Notes: generated from the letters alone by a model not told the origin. Counted from the first letter of the stretch, positions 10,005-20,381 are shown. The stretch: DNA of 54,501 nt from an uncultured Bacilli bacterium (GCA_944363705.1 CALVUY010000002.1:1-54501), one strand, 5' to 3'. A program made the numbers and translations.

Positions 10005-10295
10005 CTATTCACTTACTGGATAAACAGAAGCTTGTTTCTTATCTCTTCCTTTACGTTCGAACTTAACAATTCCATCTACTGTTGCATATAATGTATCATC
10101 ATTACCACGTTTAACATTAACACCTGGGAATATCTTAGTTCCTCTTTGACGATAAATAATACTACCAGCAGTTATATATTCTCCATCAGCAGCTTTCGCT
10201 CCTAATCTACGTCCAATAGAGTCACGTCCATTAGATGTAGAACTTTGTCCTTTTTTATGAGCGAATAACTGAATATTTAACTCTAAAAATTTCAC
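10005..10295 (-). CDS. rpmA: 50S ribosomal protein L27 with cleavable N-terminal extension
   Basis: [20 protein letters not shown]... is the Firmicute L27 pro-sequence followed by the conserved AHKK core. Confidence 0.95.
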   Translation of the reverse strand: MKFLELNIQLFAHKKGQSSTSNGRDSIGRRLGAKAADGEYITAGSIIYRQRGTKIFPGVNVKRGNDDTLYATVDGIVKFERKGRDKKQASVYPVSE

Positions 10296-10307
10296 TATAG
10301 TCCCTCC

Positions 10308-10610
10308 TTACTGTATTTCAATATTTTCTTTATATTTTAATGATAATTCTTTTAGTAGTCTTAACATATTTTTAAGTAGAGATTGAGTTACTCTATCATT
10401 ACTTAAAACTTTAATAGTTAAACCTTTACTACTAGCAAGATAAGTAATAGTACTTTTATCAATAGTAAGAATACCATTTATTGTTGTAGTAACAATAGAA
10501 CTAACAGCACTACAAACTATATCTTTACCATATTCATCATACATAGCATGACCTAATATACTTATCTTTTTAAAATAACCTTTTTCTTTTTCTACTTTTA
10601 CTCTAATCAT
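10308..10610 (-). CDS. prp: Ribosomal-processing cysteine protease Prp (YsxB-like)
   Basis: 100 aa, located between rplU and rpmA. GHA...DIVCSAVS His/Cys pair typical of Prp. Confidence 0.85.
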   Translation of the reverse strand: MIRVKVEKEKGYFKKISILGHAMYDEYGKDIVCSAVSSIVTTTINGILTIDKSTITYLASSKGLTIKVLSNDRVTQSLLKNMLRLLKELSLKYKENIEIQ

Positions 10611-10612
10611 AA

Positions 10613-10915
10613 TTAACCATTAATCTTAGTAATTTTAATTTTAGTATATGGTTGTCTATGTCCCTGAGTTTTACGGTTACTTCTAGATTTGTTCTTATAC
10701 TTAAAAATACGTATTTTCTTAGCTTTACCATTTTTTAAGACTGTACCTTCTACAGTGACATTAGATAAATAAGGGGAACCAACTTTAGAATCAAGCATTA
10801 AAACCTCTCCAAAAGTAACAACATCATTAGTATTAGCATTTAATTTTTCTACGAAGATTTCATCTCCTTCACTAACACGATATTGTTTTCCACCAACTTT
10901 AATTACTGCGTACAT
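10613..10915 (-). CDS. rplU: 50S ribosomal protein L21
   Basis: MYAVIKVGGKQYRVSEGDEIFVEKL... is the canonical L21 N-terminus. Confidence 0.95.
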   Translation of the reverse strand: MYAVIKVGGKQYRVSEGDEIFVEKLNANTNDVVTFGEVLMLDSKVGSPYLSNVTVEGTVLKNGKAKKIRIFKYKNKSRSNRKTQGHRQPYTKIKITKING

Positions 10916-11073
10916 TTTTTAACCTCCTTTTTTAAACTAAAGACTCGCTCTTAAGGTATTACTCTCTATTAGCAATTTCTACCTCTTCAATGCGGTTTAC
11001 AGCTTACACTCAAATAAGAGGTATAACAAGCTACAAACAATATGATTTTAGCATAAAAACAACTTTACGTCAA
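10916..11073 (-). promoter_or_regulatory. rplU promoter (TTGACG-17-TAAAAT) plus structured 5' leader
   Basis: On the minus strand, -35 TTGACG (11068-11073), a 17-nt spacer and -10 TAAAAT (11045-11050). The roughly 125-nt leader contains the stem ACCTCTT...AAGAGGT. This may be the Firmicute L21-leader type autoregulatory element, but I cannot verify its consensus. Confidence 0.45.
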
Positions 11074-11087
11074 ATACTTTTGATATT

Positions 11088-11789
11088 TTATTCATTTAAA
11101 TATGGTAATAACTCTCTTGTAATAACAACATATCCTAAACTATTTAAATGTAATCCATCTTCAGTATACTTTTCTTTTAAATTACCTTCTTCATCTATTA
11201 AATCATCATATAAATTAATATAATTACAACTCTCACCATCACAGTAATTAGATAATTTTTTATTTAAATCTCTAATCTTCTTATTAGTTCTATTATTAAC
11301 AGTATTATTTTCTAAAGTAGAGTTTACAGGATAAACACTTTCTACATATATAGTTGATTCACTTCTATTTTCTCTTATCTCTCTTATTATTTTTTTAATA
11401 TTATTAAAAGTAGTATCAACAATATCTTCACTAGTCAAATCTAAATCATTAGTACCTATTAAAAGAAATACTTTAGTAGGATTATATTGATAAACTCTAG
11501 TTTCCATATCGTTTAAGATATCTGTCGTCTTATTACCAGAAATTCCACTATTTACAACTGGCAAGTTATCATAATACTCTTCTAAAGGATAAAAATCTGT
11601 AATAGAATCTCCTAAAAATAAGAAATTATCATCAGGATTCACCTTTACTTCATAAGGATTAGTAAAAGTATTATTTTCTTTAATTAACAAAGATATACCC
11701 ATAGTTATGATAATTATAAGCATAATAACTATAGTTATAAGATAATATTTATGCAATTTTATCTTTTCTTTAATAATATTTATATTCAT
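11088..11789 (-). CDS. SGNH/GDSL-family hydrolase with N-terminal membrane anchor
   Basis: FLGDSITD (block I), GTNDL (block III) and DGLHLN (block V). N-terminal TM segment YYLITIVIMLIIIITMGISLLI. Confidence 0.8.
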   Translation of the reverse strand: MNINIIKEKIKLHKYYLITIVIMLIIIITMGISLLIKENNTFTNPYEVKVNPDDNFLFLGDSITDFYPLEEYYDNLPVVNSGISGNKTTDILNDMETRVYQYNPTKVFLLIGTNDLDLTSEDIVDTTFNNIKKIIREIRENRSESTIYVESVYPVNSTLENNTVNNRTNKKIRDLNKKLSNYCDGESCNYINLYDDLIDEEGNLKEKYTEDGLHLNSLGYVVITRELLPYLNE

Positions 11790-11811
11790 AATAGCCCCCT
11801 GTTTAGTTATT

Positions 11812-12612
11812 TTAATTCTTCTTAACTAAAAAATGATAAATAATTACTACTAGTATATTAATAAAAAATTTAGAAAGAATAACATCAATGTGTAAATTAT
11901 CTACAAGTAGTAATAAAGATAATCCTTCTATTAAATAAAAGCATATAATAGATGTTATTATATTAGAAAGTTTCTTTGTTTTAAATAAAGCCATAAATAA
12001 GCAAGATAAAACATAGGTAATAGTAAAGTTTAAATAGATGTTCATACCTGTAAGATTTAATAGGTAAAAGATAAATAGATTAAGTAATGCTGTTAAAATA
12101 ACAAACTTATCACGATTAAACCAACTAATATGATTAGAATCTTCTATATAATTAGTAATTAGTTCTTTAAAGTTTTCATTATTACTATTAAACTCTTTAG
12201 GTTTAAATGTTTTACTTTTAATTAGCATTTTATCTAACTTAGTTAAATCTTTTAAAGGTATAATATAACCTAATCTACCAAATTCTTCTATTATTTGTTT
12301 TTGATGATCATTAGTATGCTCATTATATTTAGAAAGTCTTGGCGTTGCAATTACTTTTTTATGATGTTTTAAAGCAGTTAGAATGCTCCCTACTCCACCA
12401 TGAGTAATGATAAGTGAAGCCTCATCCATAAGCTCTTCTAATCTATCATTTGATACACTTTTAAATATCTCCATGTTATCACTTTTATATTTTGTATAAC
12501 CTGCTTGAACCAATACTTTATCTTTAATATTACCTTTTTCTATTTCTTTATCTATCGCTTTTAATAATCTTTCAAAACTTTTATCTTGCGTACCTAGAGT
12601 TACTAAAATCAT
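11812..12612 (-). CDS. Alg13-like (GT28 C-terminal domain) glycosyltransferase subunit fused to a C-terminal membrane domain
   Basis: MILVTLGTQDKSFERLL...ITHGGVGSI is the Alg13/PssE/Cps14G-type signature. The last 100 aa or so form three hydrophobic helices. Start taken at the ATG at 12612. Confidence 0.7.
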   Translation of the reverse strand: MILVTLGTQDKSFERLLKAIDKEIEKGNIKDKVLVQAGYTKYKSDNMEIFKSVSNDRLEELMDEASLIITHGGVGSILTALKHHKKVIATPRLSKYNEHTNDHQKQIIEEFGRLGYIIPLKDLTKLDKMLIKSKTFKPKEFNSNNENFKELITNYIEDSNHISWFNRDKFVILTALLNLFIFYLLNLTGMNIYLNFTITYVLSCLFMALFKTKKLSNIITSIICFYLIEGLSLLLLVDNLHIDVILSKFFINILVVIIYHFLVKKN

Positions 12613-13088
12613 TAGAAACACCACCCTCCATATGTTGCTTTAGGATATAGTTTCAACATAGGACGCCACTGAACGATAAAAAGATTAGCGATATGGAACT
12701 TATAGAAAAGTGTACCTGTAATAGTTTTAGTTTTAATATTAGCGAACGATTCTATATAGATTATTTTACTACCAAAGATTCTTCCGATACAACACATTGG
12801 TCCTGCCGTATGAGCACCTGTTGTAATGATATAATCAGGTTGATATTTAAAATATAGAAAAAGACTAATAAAACAATTAGCAAGTAATTTAAAGGGATAT
12901 GTTAATTTATGGTCTTTAGTACCATATAAAAGAAAGTTAGTATTTTTATATTTTCTTTTTAATTTATTATTCGCTTTAGTCTTCTCTGTTATTAGAGAAT
13001 AATCATAGTTTTTTATAATACTATCAAGTTGCAAAAGTTCAGTTAAATGTCCTCCTGTACTTGATATAAACATTACTTTCTTCTTCAT
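12612..13088 (-). CDS. Alg14-like (PssD/Cps14F-type) glycosyltransferase subunit
   Basis: MKKKVMFISSTGGHLTELLQL and TTGAHTAGP motifs. It is adjacent to and overlaps the Alg13-like gene. Confidence 0.7.
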   Translation of the reverse strand: MKKKVMFISSTGGHLTELLQLDSIIKNYDYSLITEKTKANNKLKRKYKNTNFLLYGTKDHKLTYPFKLLANCFISLFLYFKYQPDYIITTGAHTAGPMCCIGRIFGSKIIYIESFANIKTKTITGTLFYKFHIANLFIVQWRPMLKLYPKATYGGWCF

Positions 13089-13092
13089 TCTA

Positions 13093-14250
13093 TCACTTTC
13101 TTTCAATTATTTTTTCCCAATATGTACATATATTATCACTTAGATATCCTTTTACCTTACGTCTTCCATTTTTGCCTAATTCTTTACGAATATTAATATC
13201 TTTTGTTAAATCTAGTATTTTCTTTTCCATTGCGTTAAAATTACGATGTTTTATTAAGTAACCATCACGTCCTGAAGTTATTACTTCTTTAGCACCTTCA
13301 GCAGAATCAAAAGCAATACAAGGTAGACCATTACTCATCGCTTCAAGTAAAACTATACCAAAGCTTTCTGTATAACTTGTCATAACATAGATACTAGCTT
13401 TGTGCATTAATTTCTCTATTTCTTTACTATTCTTAAATCCATGAAGAGTAACATCAGCTTCTAAATTATTATCTTTAATAAATTTCTCTAATTTTCTTCT
13501 TTCACTTCCATCTCCTACAATATCTAAATGCCATTTACATTTTTTATTTTTTAAATCTAAATATATTTTTAAAAGATCTAAATATCCTTTTTCAGGAGAT
13601 AATCTTCCTACAGAAATTAAATGTTCAGAAGTTAAAGGACTTTTAGTTTTGGGGATATTTTCTAAAGCATTAGGAATGTATATTGTATGGCATTTACTAT
13701 TAGCTAATTTTTTCTTATAAAATTTTTTTAAATCTTTCGATACTAAAACAAAATAATCAAGATTTTTAACACTTCTAATAACATCTGTTGCATATTTCAT
13801 ATCATTATGATGATGATTATGTTCCCAACCTATTTTTAATGTTTCATCACGCCCGTATTCACTTAATAGTTCATTTAAGAAAACACGAGTTGATATGATA
13901 ACGTCAGCTTTAGTATTTTTTATATAATCTATCATTTCTTTTCTTCTTTTATATAATATTTTTAAGCTTTTCAAAGACTCTTTTCCTAATTTTATTAATT
14001 TTAAATTATGTAAAGCTTCTTTCCATTCTTTTCTGTTAGGATTTAATCTTGATGGTAATAAATAAGTTACTCTAATGTTTTCGTTTATATCAAAAACTGG
14101 TTTTTCATATAATTTATAGATAGATACTATTTCAATTTCATACTTATTAGTTTTGGCTAAAGAATTTGCAAGTGATGTAATAGCTTTTTCTACCCCACCA
14201 TATCCAAGATGCAATGATAATATTGCTATTTTCTTTTTCAAATGAATCAC
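13093..14250 (-). CDS. GT4-family (GT-B) glycosyltransferase
   Basis: 385 aa with GGVEKA at the N-terminus and the E..G(I/L)..LEAM..G.P EX7E-type block (ESFGIVLLEAMSNGLPCIAFD). Confidence 0.8.
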   Translation of the reverse strand: MIHLKKKIAILSLHLGYGGVEKAITSLANSLAKTNKYEIEIVSIYKLYEKPVFDINENIRVTYLLPSRLNPNRKEWKEALHNLKLIKLGKESLKSLKILYKRRKEMIDYIKNTKADVIISTRVFLNELLSEYGRDETLKIGWEHNHHHNDMKYATDVIRSVKNLDYFVLVSKDLKKFYKKKLANSKCHTIYIPNALENIPKTKSPLTSEHLISVGRLSPEKGYLDLLKIYLDLKNKKCKWHLDIVGDGSERRKLEKFIKDNNLEADVTLHGFKNSKEIEKLMHKASIYVMTSYTESFGIVLLEAMSNGLPCIAFDSAEGAKEVITSGRDGYLIKHRNFNAMEKKILDLTKDINIRKELGKNGRRKVKGYLSDNICTYWEKIIERK

Positions 14251-14290
14251 CTCCGTGCGTTTTAGCTAAAATTAGTATATATTAATTTGC

Positions 14291-14315
14291 AAAAAAAGAA
14301 AAGAGCTTACGCTCT
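14291..14315 (-). terminator. Terminator after ftsZ
   Basis: On the minus strand: hairpin agagc-gtaa-gctct, followed by TTTCTTTTTTTG. The stem overlaps the TAG stop. Confidence 0.5.
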
Positions 14316-15450
14316 AAAAATTCTTATCTCTTAAGAATGGAGGAAAATCATAATCCGTATCATCTAATAATTCTCCGTCATCATCATCATTATCATCATT
14401 AGATTGTGGTACTGTAGCAACATAGGAAATCTCATCACGACTTCTTCTATTAGAAGTGGCCATATTAGAGAAAACAGGTTGTTTTGTTTCTTCATCGTCA
14501 TGTTTATTAAATCCTGTAGCAATTACAGTAACTATTACTTCATCAGATAAGTTTTCATTAATAACAGAACCAAAGATGGTATTAATGTCATTACCTGATG
14601 CTGCTCTTACAACTTCTGCTGCTTGTTCTGCTTCAAATAGTGTTAAGTTAACACCACCAGTTATATTGATAATAGCATCTGTTGCTCCAGTTATACTAGT
14701 TTCAAGTAATGGGCTAGAAACAGCTTGTTTAGCAGCTTCAAGAGCTCTATCTTCACCCATTCCTATACCAATACCTATAATAGCACGACCTGAATCTTTC
14801 ATAACTGATTGTACATCAGCAAAGTCTAAGTTAACAAGTCCAACTACAGCTATTAAATCTGATATTGATTGAACACCACGTCTAAGAACATTATCAACTT
14901 CTTTAAAGGCTTCTAACATTGGTGTTGTTTTATCAATGATTTCTCTTAATCTATCGTTAGGTATAACGATTAGGGTATCTACATGTTTTTCAAGCTCTGC
15001 TAAACCTTTTAATGCATTATCCATTCTCTTTTTACCTTCAAAAGTAAATGGCTTAGTAACAATTGCAACTGTTAAAGCACCAAGAGCCTGAGCAATTTCA
15101 GCAACTACAGGAGCTGCTCCTGTTCCTGTTCCTCCACCCATTCCACATGTAATAAATACCATATCTGCTCCAGTTAGGGCATCTTCTATTTCTTTTTTAG
15201 ATTCTAGGGCAGCTTCTCTACCAATATCTGGGCGAGACCCTGCTCCAAGTCCATCAGTAAGATTTGCTCCTAATTGAATTTTAACATCAGCTTTAGAGTT
15301 ATTTAATACTTGTAAATCAGTGTTAGCAACAATAAATTCTACTCCTTTAACTCCTGATTCTACCATTCTATTGACAGCATTACCGCCGCCGCCTCCACAG
15401 CCGATTACTTTTATCTTAGCTAATTGATCCATTTCTAGTCCATTTCCCAT
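14314..15450 (-). CDS. ftsZ: Cell division protein FtsZ
   Basis: [13 protein letters not shown] and [13 protein letters not shown] tubulin signature, with an acidic C-terminal tail ending in a DFPPFLR peptide. Confidence 0.97.
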   Translation of the reverse strand: MGNGLEMDQLAKIKVIGCGGGGGNAVNRMVESGVKGVEFIVANTDLQVLNNSKADVKIQLGANLTDGLGAGSRPDIGREAALESKKEIEDALTGADMVFITCGMGGGTGTGAAPVVAEIAQALGALTVAIVTKPFTFEGKKRMDNALKGLAELEKHVDTLIVIPNDRLREIIDKTTPMLEAFKEVDNVLRRGVQSISDLIAVVGLVNLDFADVQSVMKDSGRAIIGIGIGMGEDRALEAAKQAVSSPLLETSITGATDAIINITGGVNLTLFEAEQAAEVVRAASGNDINTIFGSVINENLSDEVIVTVIATGFNKHDDEETKQPVFSNMATSNRRSRDEISYVATVPQSNDDNDDDDGELLDDTDYDFPPFLRDKNF

Positions 15451-15470
15451 GATTGTTCCTCCTTAATTAG

Positions 15471-16697
15471 TTAAAAGTGACCAAAAAATTTATTTGTCAT
15501 AGTATCATTAATTGTATTTTTCTTTTTAGGTGATACAAAATTATCTATTTCATCATCATCAAACATATTTATATTTTTCTCTTTTAATATACATTTTCTA
15601 TCAAAATATTTACAACTGCCGAAGGCACTTGAGTATTTATTATGTCTTGCACCAATAACAGACATATTAAAGCAACCAGATACACTACCCAAATTTTCTT
15701 CAACTATGTAGTTAAAACCTGCAAGTTCGCTAATACCACCTACTACAATTATATAACTAATTTCTCTTTTTGTTAAGCGATTTATTTCATTTTTTGCAAG
15801 TTTTAGTATTTCTTTTATACGTGATTCGATTACTTCAGATATTTGAGTTTGATTTATAGTTAACTTTTTGTTTTCTTTATTAATGATTGTAATATCATCA
15901 TTTCTATCGGCATATCTAGAAGTTGAAAGAGCAAAGGTTTCTTTTAATTTCCTAGCTTCTTTTAAATCTACTTTGTATATGAAAGCTATATCTTTATCAA
16001 CACTACTACTGCCTACAGGTATATATGAATTTTTTATCATTATGCCTTTATTAAATATACCAATGCTAGTGATATCTGCCCCTATATTAATAATAGAACC
16101 CATTTTACGATCTAATTCTTTTGTTGCAACTGTATAATAGTCTGCTTGAGTATTATAAATTATATCTGTTATATTAATACCAATACTTCTAACTATATTT
16201 ATAAATGGATATATTTCTTCTTTAGGTGATGTAGCAACTACTGCTTTTAAGAAAAGTTTTTCTCCAACTTCTTCTAGAGGGTTTATAACACTTGCTTCTT
16301 CGTCTACTGTAAAAGATATTGGAAGGCAACTAACAAGTTCTCTTGTGTCATCATAAGTATCTTCTACTGTATCTTTTATAACTGCATCTATATCTTTACC
16401 TCTAACTTTTTCACCTCTTATATTAACAAGGCCACTTTCTATAGTCATACTAGCTCTATTGGCAGGTAAAGTTAGTATTACTTCTCTTATTTTCATACCT
16501 AGTTTTTCTTCTGTTAATTTAATAGCATTTAATAGAGAATTTTTTAATTTTTTATCATCATAAATTGTATTTTTCTTTAGGCCTAATGTTTTAACAGAGG
16601 TAGATGCTAAAACATGGTAATTATTATCATTAGCATTTACTACTATTACTTTAATCTCACCGTTTCCTATATCAAGGCCTGTATAGATATGATTCAT
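15471..16697 (-). CDS. ftsA: Cell division protein FtsA
   Basis: Actin-like ATPase pattern (GLDIGNGEIKV, INIGADITSIGIF, VVGGISEL), immediately upstream of ftsZ. Confidence 0.9.
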   Translation of the reverse strand: MNHIYTGLDIGNGEIKVIVVNANDNNYHVLASTSVKTLGLKKNTIYDDKKLKNSLLNAIKLTEEKLGMKIREVILTLPANRASMTIESGLVNIRGEKVRGKDIDAVIKDTVEDTYDDTRELVSCLPISFTVDEEASVINPLEEVGEKLFLKAVVATSPKEEIYPFINIVRSIGINITDIIYNTQADYYTVATKELDRKMGSIINIGADITSIGIFNKGIMIKNSYIPVGSSSVDKDIAFIYKVDLKEARKLKETFALSTSRYADRNDDITIINKENKKLTINQTQISEVIESRIKEILKLAKNEINRLTKREISYIIVVGGISELAGFNYIVEENLGSVSGCFNMSVIGARHNKYSSAFGSCKYFDRKCILKEKNINMFDDDEIDNFVSPKKKNTINDTMTNKFFGHF

Positions 16698-16749
16698 GAG
16701 TTAACATCACTACCTTCCTGATTAATACACTTACTTACCTTATGAATTA

Positions 16750-16778
16750 ATTATACATAATTAATCAATATTTAACAA
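16750..16778 (-). promoter_or_regulatory. Candidate ftsA-ftsZ promoter (TTGTTA-17-TATAAT)
   Basis: Minus strand: -35 TTGTTA (16773-16778), a 17-nt spacer and -10 TATAAT (16750-16755). It lies about 50 nt upstream of the ftsA start. Confidence 0.5.
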
Positions 16779-16800
16779 GAGCAAAAATAATGAATAATTT

Positions 16801-16844
16801 GTTAAAACAAAATATAAAGTTCTCAATATTATAATAATGAGAAC
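16801..16844 (-). terminator. Terminator after the 368-aa gene
   Basis: Hairpin gttctca (16819-16825) / tgagaac (16838-16844). On the minus strand it is followed by TTTATATTTTGTTTT. Confidence 0.55.
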
Positions 16845-16862
16845 CTATGATTTTATATTGAC

Positions 16863-17969
16863 TTAATTCATTGAAAATTGAAAGGGGTCTGATTTAGTTC
16901 CTGTTCCTCCAGTTATTATGACGTTAGATTTTAAGTTTAAAGCAGGTTTAATAGAACTAACATCAGTGTGAGCATTTTGCTCAATGCCATTATTGCTATC
17001 AATACTATACAAGTACCAATTACCACCAAATGGCGTTAGTGTTTTATACCTTCCATTTAAACCAAGATTATATGAACCTCCAATGTCCATTTGCCTTTTA
17101 AATTGTCCTGTCATTAATTCTCCATATCTTAATAAACCAACTTTTGCTGTAGTTGTAGATGAAGTTAAATTTGTACTAGATGTATCTGTATATTTAGCTA
17201 GTTTATAACTTGCATTAGTACTTACTATCCCTAAATACCAAGTAGTATTATCTTCTATCATATTACTATAGTTTTCTCCTATATAATCTGTTAAATATTC
17301 TCCATTTAAAAATGTTCCCATCGTTGTTGATAGAGAATAATTTGTATTTCTATTACTATCGAAAACAATATTCTTAAATATTCCATTTTCTTTTAAAGGT
17401 TCTGCACTAGTTATTTTAGTTAATCCTTCTGTCTCATGACTTACTATTCTATATAAGTTATTATAACCTATTCCAAATCTTATATATTCTCCACTATATC
17501 TTGTATTTAGTTTTACCCCTTCTAAATTACTATCATTATCTCCCATTAACCTATATGGATCTTCTTCTGTTCCACTACCTGATACTATTTTTATTTCAGA
17601 TTTTAAATTTATTGATGGCCGAATACCAGCACTCATTTTTCTTACAAATGTAGGTACTTGATTACCTATATTGCCATTAGCATCGACATAACGCACATTA
17701 GAATCGCTATATGGTGTTAAGAGCCACCAGCCAAGCCCATTATTTAAGTAGCCAGCTCTTCCTCCATCATTACTAGATTGATATTCATATACGTTAAGTA
17801 AACCCACAGCATTGCTTACAGTTGTTGTTCCATCAAGTCTTGTTATTTCACCTAAAGCTCTATTATCCATTGTTGCATCCCATACACTATCTGTTACTAT
17901 AAAGTTTTTATAATCTCTTAAATTACCAAGGAATCCATCTTCTGTAGTATCATTTAACCAATCTTCCAT
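16863..17969 (-). CDS. Two-repeat protein resembling the DUF6273-type domain; no signal peptide
   Basis: Start placed at the ATG at 17969, after AAAGGAGGAAG. Two repeats end in similar blocks: GWWLLTPYSD...GIRPSINLKSEIKIVSGSGTEEDPYRL and the shorter ...SSIKPALNLKSNVIITGGTGTKSDPFQF. The family name is from memory of the W.WL..P...(I/V)(R/K)P(A/S)(L/I)NL pattern. Confidence 0.5.
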   Translation of the reverse strand: MEDWLNDTTEDGFLGNLRDYKNFIVTDSVWDATMDNRALGEITRLDGTTTVSNAVGLLNVYEYQSSNDGGRAGYLNNGLGWWLLTPYSDSNVRYVDANGNIGNQVPTFVRKMSAGIRPSINLKSEIKIVSGSGTEEDPYRLMGDNDSNLEGVKLNTRYSGEYIRFGIGYNNLYRIVSHETEGLTKITSAEPLKENGIFKNIVFDSNRNTNYSLSTTMGTFLNGEYLTDYIGENYSNMIEDNTTWYLGIVSTNASYKLAKYTDTSSTNLTSSTTTAKVGLLRYGELMTGQFKRQMDIGGSYNLGLNGRYKTLTPFGGNWYLYSIDSNNGIEQNAHTDVSSIKPALNLKSNVIITGGTGTKSDPFQFSMN

Positions 17970-17995
17970 ATAGCTTCCTCCTTTAATTATTACAC

Positions 17996-18032
17996 ACAAA
18001 AAAGAATAGAATAACTTTCTTACTCTATTCTT
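17996..18032 (-). terminator. Terminator-like hairpin between PBP2B and the 368-aa gene
   Basis: 9-bp AT-rich stem aagaataga (18002-18010) / tctattctt (18024-18032). On the minus strand it is followed by a T-run, and it lies only about 25 nt upstream of the next RBS. Confidence 0.4.
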
Positions 18033-18206
18033 CTTACACTATGAAAGAAAGTAGTTTTATTACTTAGTTTATTATAAAATTGCCCCCTCAAGTAACATAT
18101 TGTAAACATAATTTTCTCATTTTTTTACCTTCTTTCTAATATTTGTTAATATAATATTATCAAATTAAACATAGAAAAACAATAACTTAAGTTAGATTGA
18201 TACCTT

Positions 18207-20375
18207 TTAAAATTTAGGACTTAATGTTAAAGTTATTTCCATATTATCTGTTATAGTAGTCCCTGCCCCAATACTTTGACTTGTTACATAACCATTACCT
18301 TCCAATTTAACACTAATACCCAATATTCTTAATAAGTCTTCTGCTTGTTTACTAGATAAACCTGTTACATCAGGAACTGTTAAATTACTATCATTAGTGA
18401 TAAGAAAAACCTTTGTCCCTGCTGTTACTTTATCTCCCTTAGAAGGATATTGCTTAGTTACTTTATTACCATTACCTATAACTGTTACATTCATTCCCAT
18501 ACTTTCTAATTCTGTCTTAGATGAAGTTATATCTTTGTTTTTATAAGATGTTAAACTATATTCAGTTAATTCTTCTTCACTCGTAGTATCAGGATCTGTT
18601 CCATAGTATTTACTTATATTAACAACTATATCTTTAATAGCTTTCCAAATTACTTTTTGATTACCGCCATCAGGTCTTTTAACTGAAGCATAGATTATAA
18701 CTTTAGGATCATCATTAGGATAAATTCCTGCAAATGATGAAATAATATCAGAAGCTCCTGTTAAGTAACCTCCTCCATTTTCATCAGCGATTTGTGCTGT
18801 ACCAGTCTTACCTATTAAATTATATCCATCAAGACGATATCCAGCACCTGTCATACCAGGAGTATTAACAGTATCCCACATTAACTGTCTAATCTTATTA
18901 ACAGTAGTTTCACTTGCAACAGTATCTACTTCTGTTCTTTCTCCTTTATAAACAGTTTCTCCAGTATCAGGATCTACTATTTTTTCAACTAAATAAGGTT
19001 TTAACATAACTCCCCCATTAGTAAGAGAAGTCAAAGCTTGAATATTTTGAATAGGTGTTGTTGTAATACCTTGTCCAAATCCAGCATTAAATATCTCTGT
19101 TTCATATTTAAAGTCTAGTTCACCTGTCGCTTCATTAGGAAGTTCAATACCTGTTTTTTTACTAAATCCTAGTTTTTTAAAGTAACTTCTAAGAATATCT
19201 GCAGATAAATGACGATCTATTAGATTAATAACACCAACGTTGCTTGATAAAGCGAATCCTTTATCAAAAGTAATATCTCCCCAACCTGCTCTATTATGAT
19301 CTCCTATTTCAGTTCCATCACTTGTTACATAAACACCAGAGTGATATATTTCATTACCATCATAAACACCTTGTTCCATTGCCGCCATATAAGTAAATAT
19401 CTTCATAGTAGATCCTGGTTCATAAGGACTAGAAACATTCATATCTAAGTAATTAGTAATATCTCTTTTATTAGGATCAAATGAAGGAGATGTACTAGAT
19501 GCTAGTATTGCTCCTGTCTTAGCATCTGCTATCATGATTGTAAACCATTCATAATTATAGTTAGCTTCTGCTTCACTTAAAGCTTGTTCTACAAAGAACT
19601 GAATACTACTATTAAGAGTTAAATATATATCTTTACCATCACTAGCTTCTTTACTTATCTCATTAGTACCTGCTATTTTAAACCCTCGTAAATCTTTTTG
19701 ATAAGTAGTATAACCATCTTCTCCTTTTAAAGTACTATCATAATACTTTTCAATACCCATCTCCCCAGTCATAGTAGTCTCTTCTTCTCCATCATCATTA
19801 GTAGTAACTTCTTCTTTAGCATAACCTAGGATATAGGAAGCAAAGTCTCCTTTAGGATAATATCTTTTAAAACTTTCTATAAAGTCTATTCCTGGTAAAT
19901 TTAAAGCTTCTATCTTCTCTTTAGTAAGTTCTGTAAGTCCTTTACCAGCATTACCAAATTCTGTTTGATAAACACCTTCTTTGCTAAGATATTTAAGTAT
20001 TTCTTCTTCACTAACACCAAGAATAGGTGCTAGTTCTCTAGCAGTTTTTTCTTTATCTACTACATGTTGTGGATTATCTTCATCTGTAGTCCTAGATGGA
20101 GAAAGGTAAGCGATTAACTTGTATGAAGAAACATTTTGTGCTAAAGCTTCTCCATCACTACTATAAATATTACCACGTTCTGCTTTTATAATATCTGTTT
20201 TTGTAGTTCGCCTTCTTGCTAAAGCTTGTAAATTTGTATCATCTACTTCCTCTGCTAAAGCAAGTTGAGTTACTCTAGCAATCATTAGAGCAAACAAAAA
20301 AAGAGAAGTAATTATTAAAAGTTTACTATATTTTATATTATTTTTCCTTCTCTTTTTTCTTTTCAAGTTTACCAC
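18207..20375 (-). CDS. pbpB: Class B penicillin-binding protein (PBP2B/FtsI-type) with two C-terminal PASTA domains
   Basis: N-terminal TM anchor; SxxK (GSTMK), SxN (SSN) and KTG (GKTGTAQ). Two PASTA-like repeats at the C-terminus. Follows ftsL. Confidence 0.9.
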   Translation of the reverse strand: MVNLKRKKRRKNNIKYSKLLIITSLFLFALMIARVTQLALAEEVDDTNLQALARRRTTKTDIIKAERGNIYSSDGEALAQNVSSYKLIAYLSPSRTTDEDNPQHVVDKEKTARELAPILGVSEEEILKYLSKEGVYQTEFGNAGKGLTELTKEKIEALNLPGIDFIESFKRYYPKGDFASYILGYAKEEVTTNDDGEEETTMTGEMGIEKYYDSTLKGEDGYTTYQKDLRGFKIAGTNEISKEASDGKDIYLTLNSSIQFFVEQALSEAEANYNYEWFTIMIADAKTGAILASSTSPSFDPNKRDITNYLDMNVSSPYEPGSTMKIFTYMAAMEQGVYDGNEIYHSGVYVTSDGTEIGDHNRAGWGDITFDKGFALSSNVGVINLIDRHLSADILRSYFKKLGFSKKTGIELPNEATGELDFKYETEIFNAGFGQGITTTPIQNIQALTSLTNGGVMLKPYLVEKIVDPDTGETVYKGERTEVDTVASETTVNKIRQLMWDTVNTPGMTGAGYRLDGYNLIGKTGTAQIADENGGGYLTGASDIISSFAGIYPNDDPKVIIYASVKRPDGGNQKVIWKAIKDIVVNISKYYGTDPDTTSEEELTEYSLTSYKNKDITSSKTELESMGMNVTVIGNGNKVTKQYPSKGDKVTAGTKVFLITNDSNLTVPDVTGLSSKQAEDLLRILGISVKLEGNGYVTSQSIGAGTTITDNMEITLTLSPKF

Positions 20376-20381
20376 TTCCTA

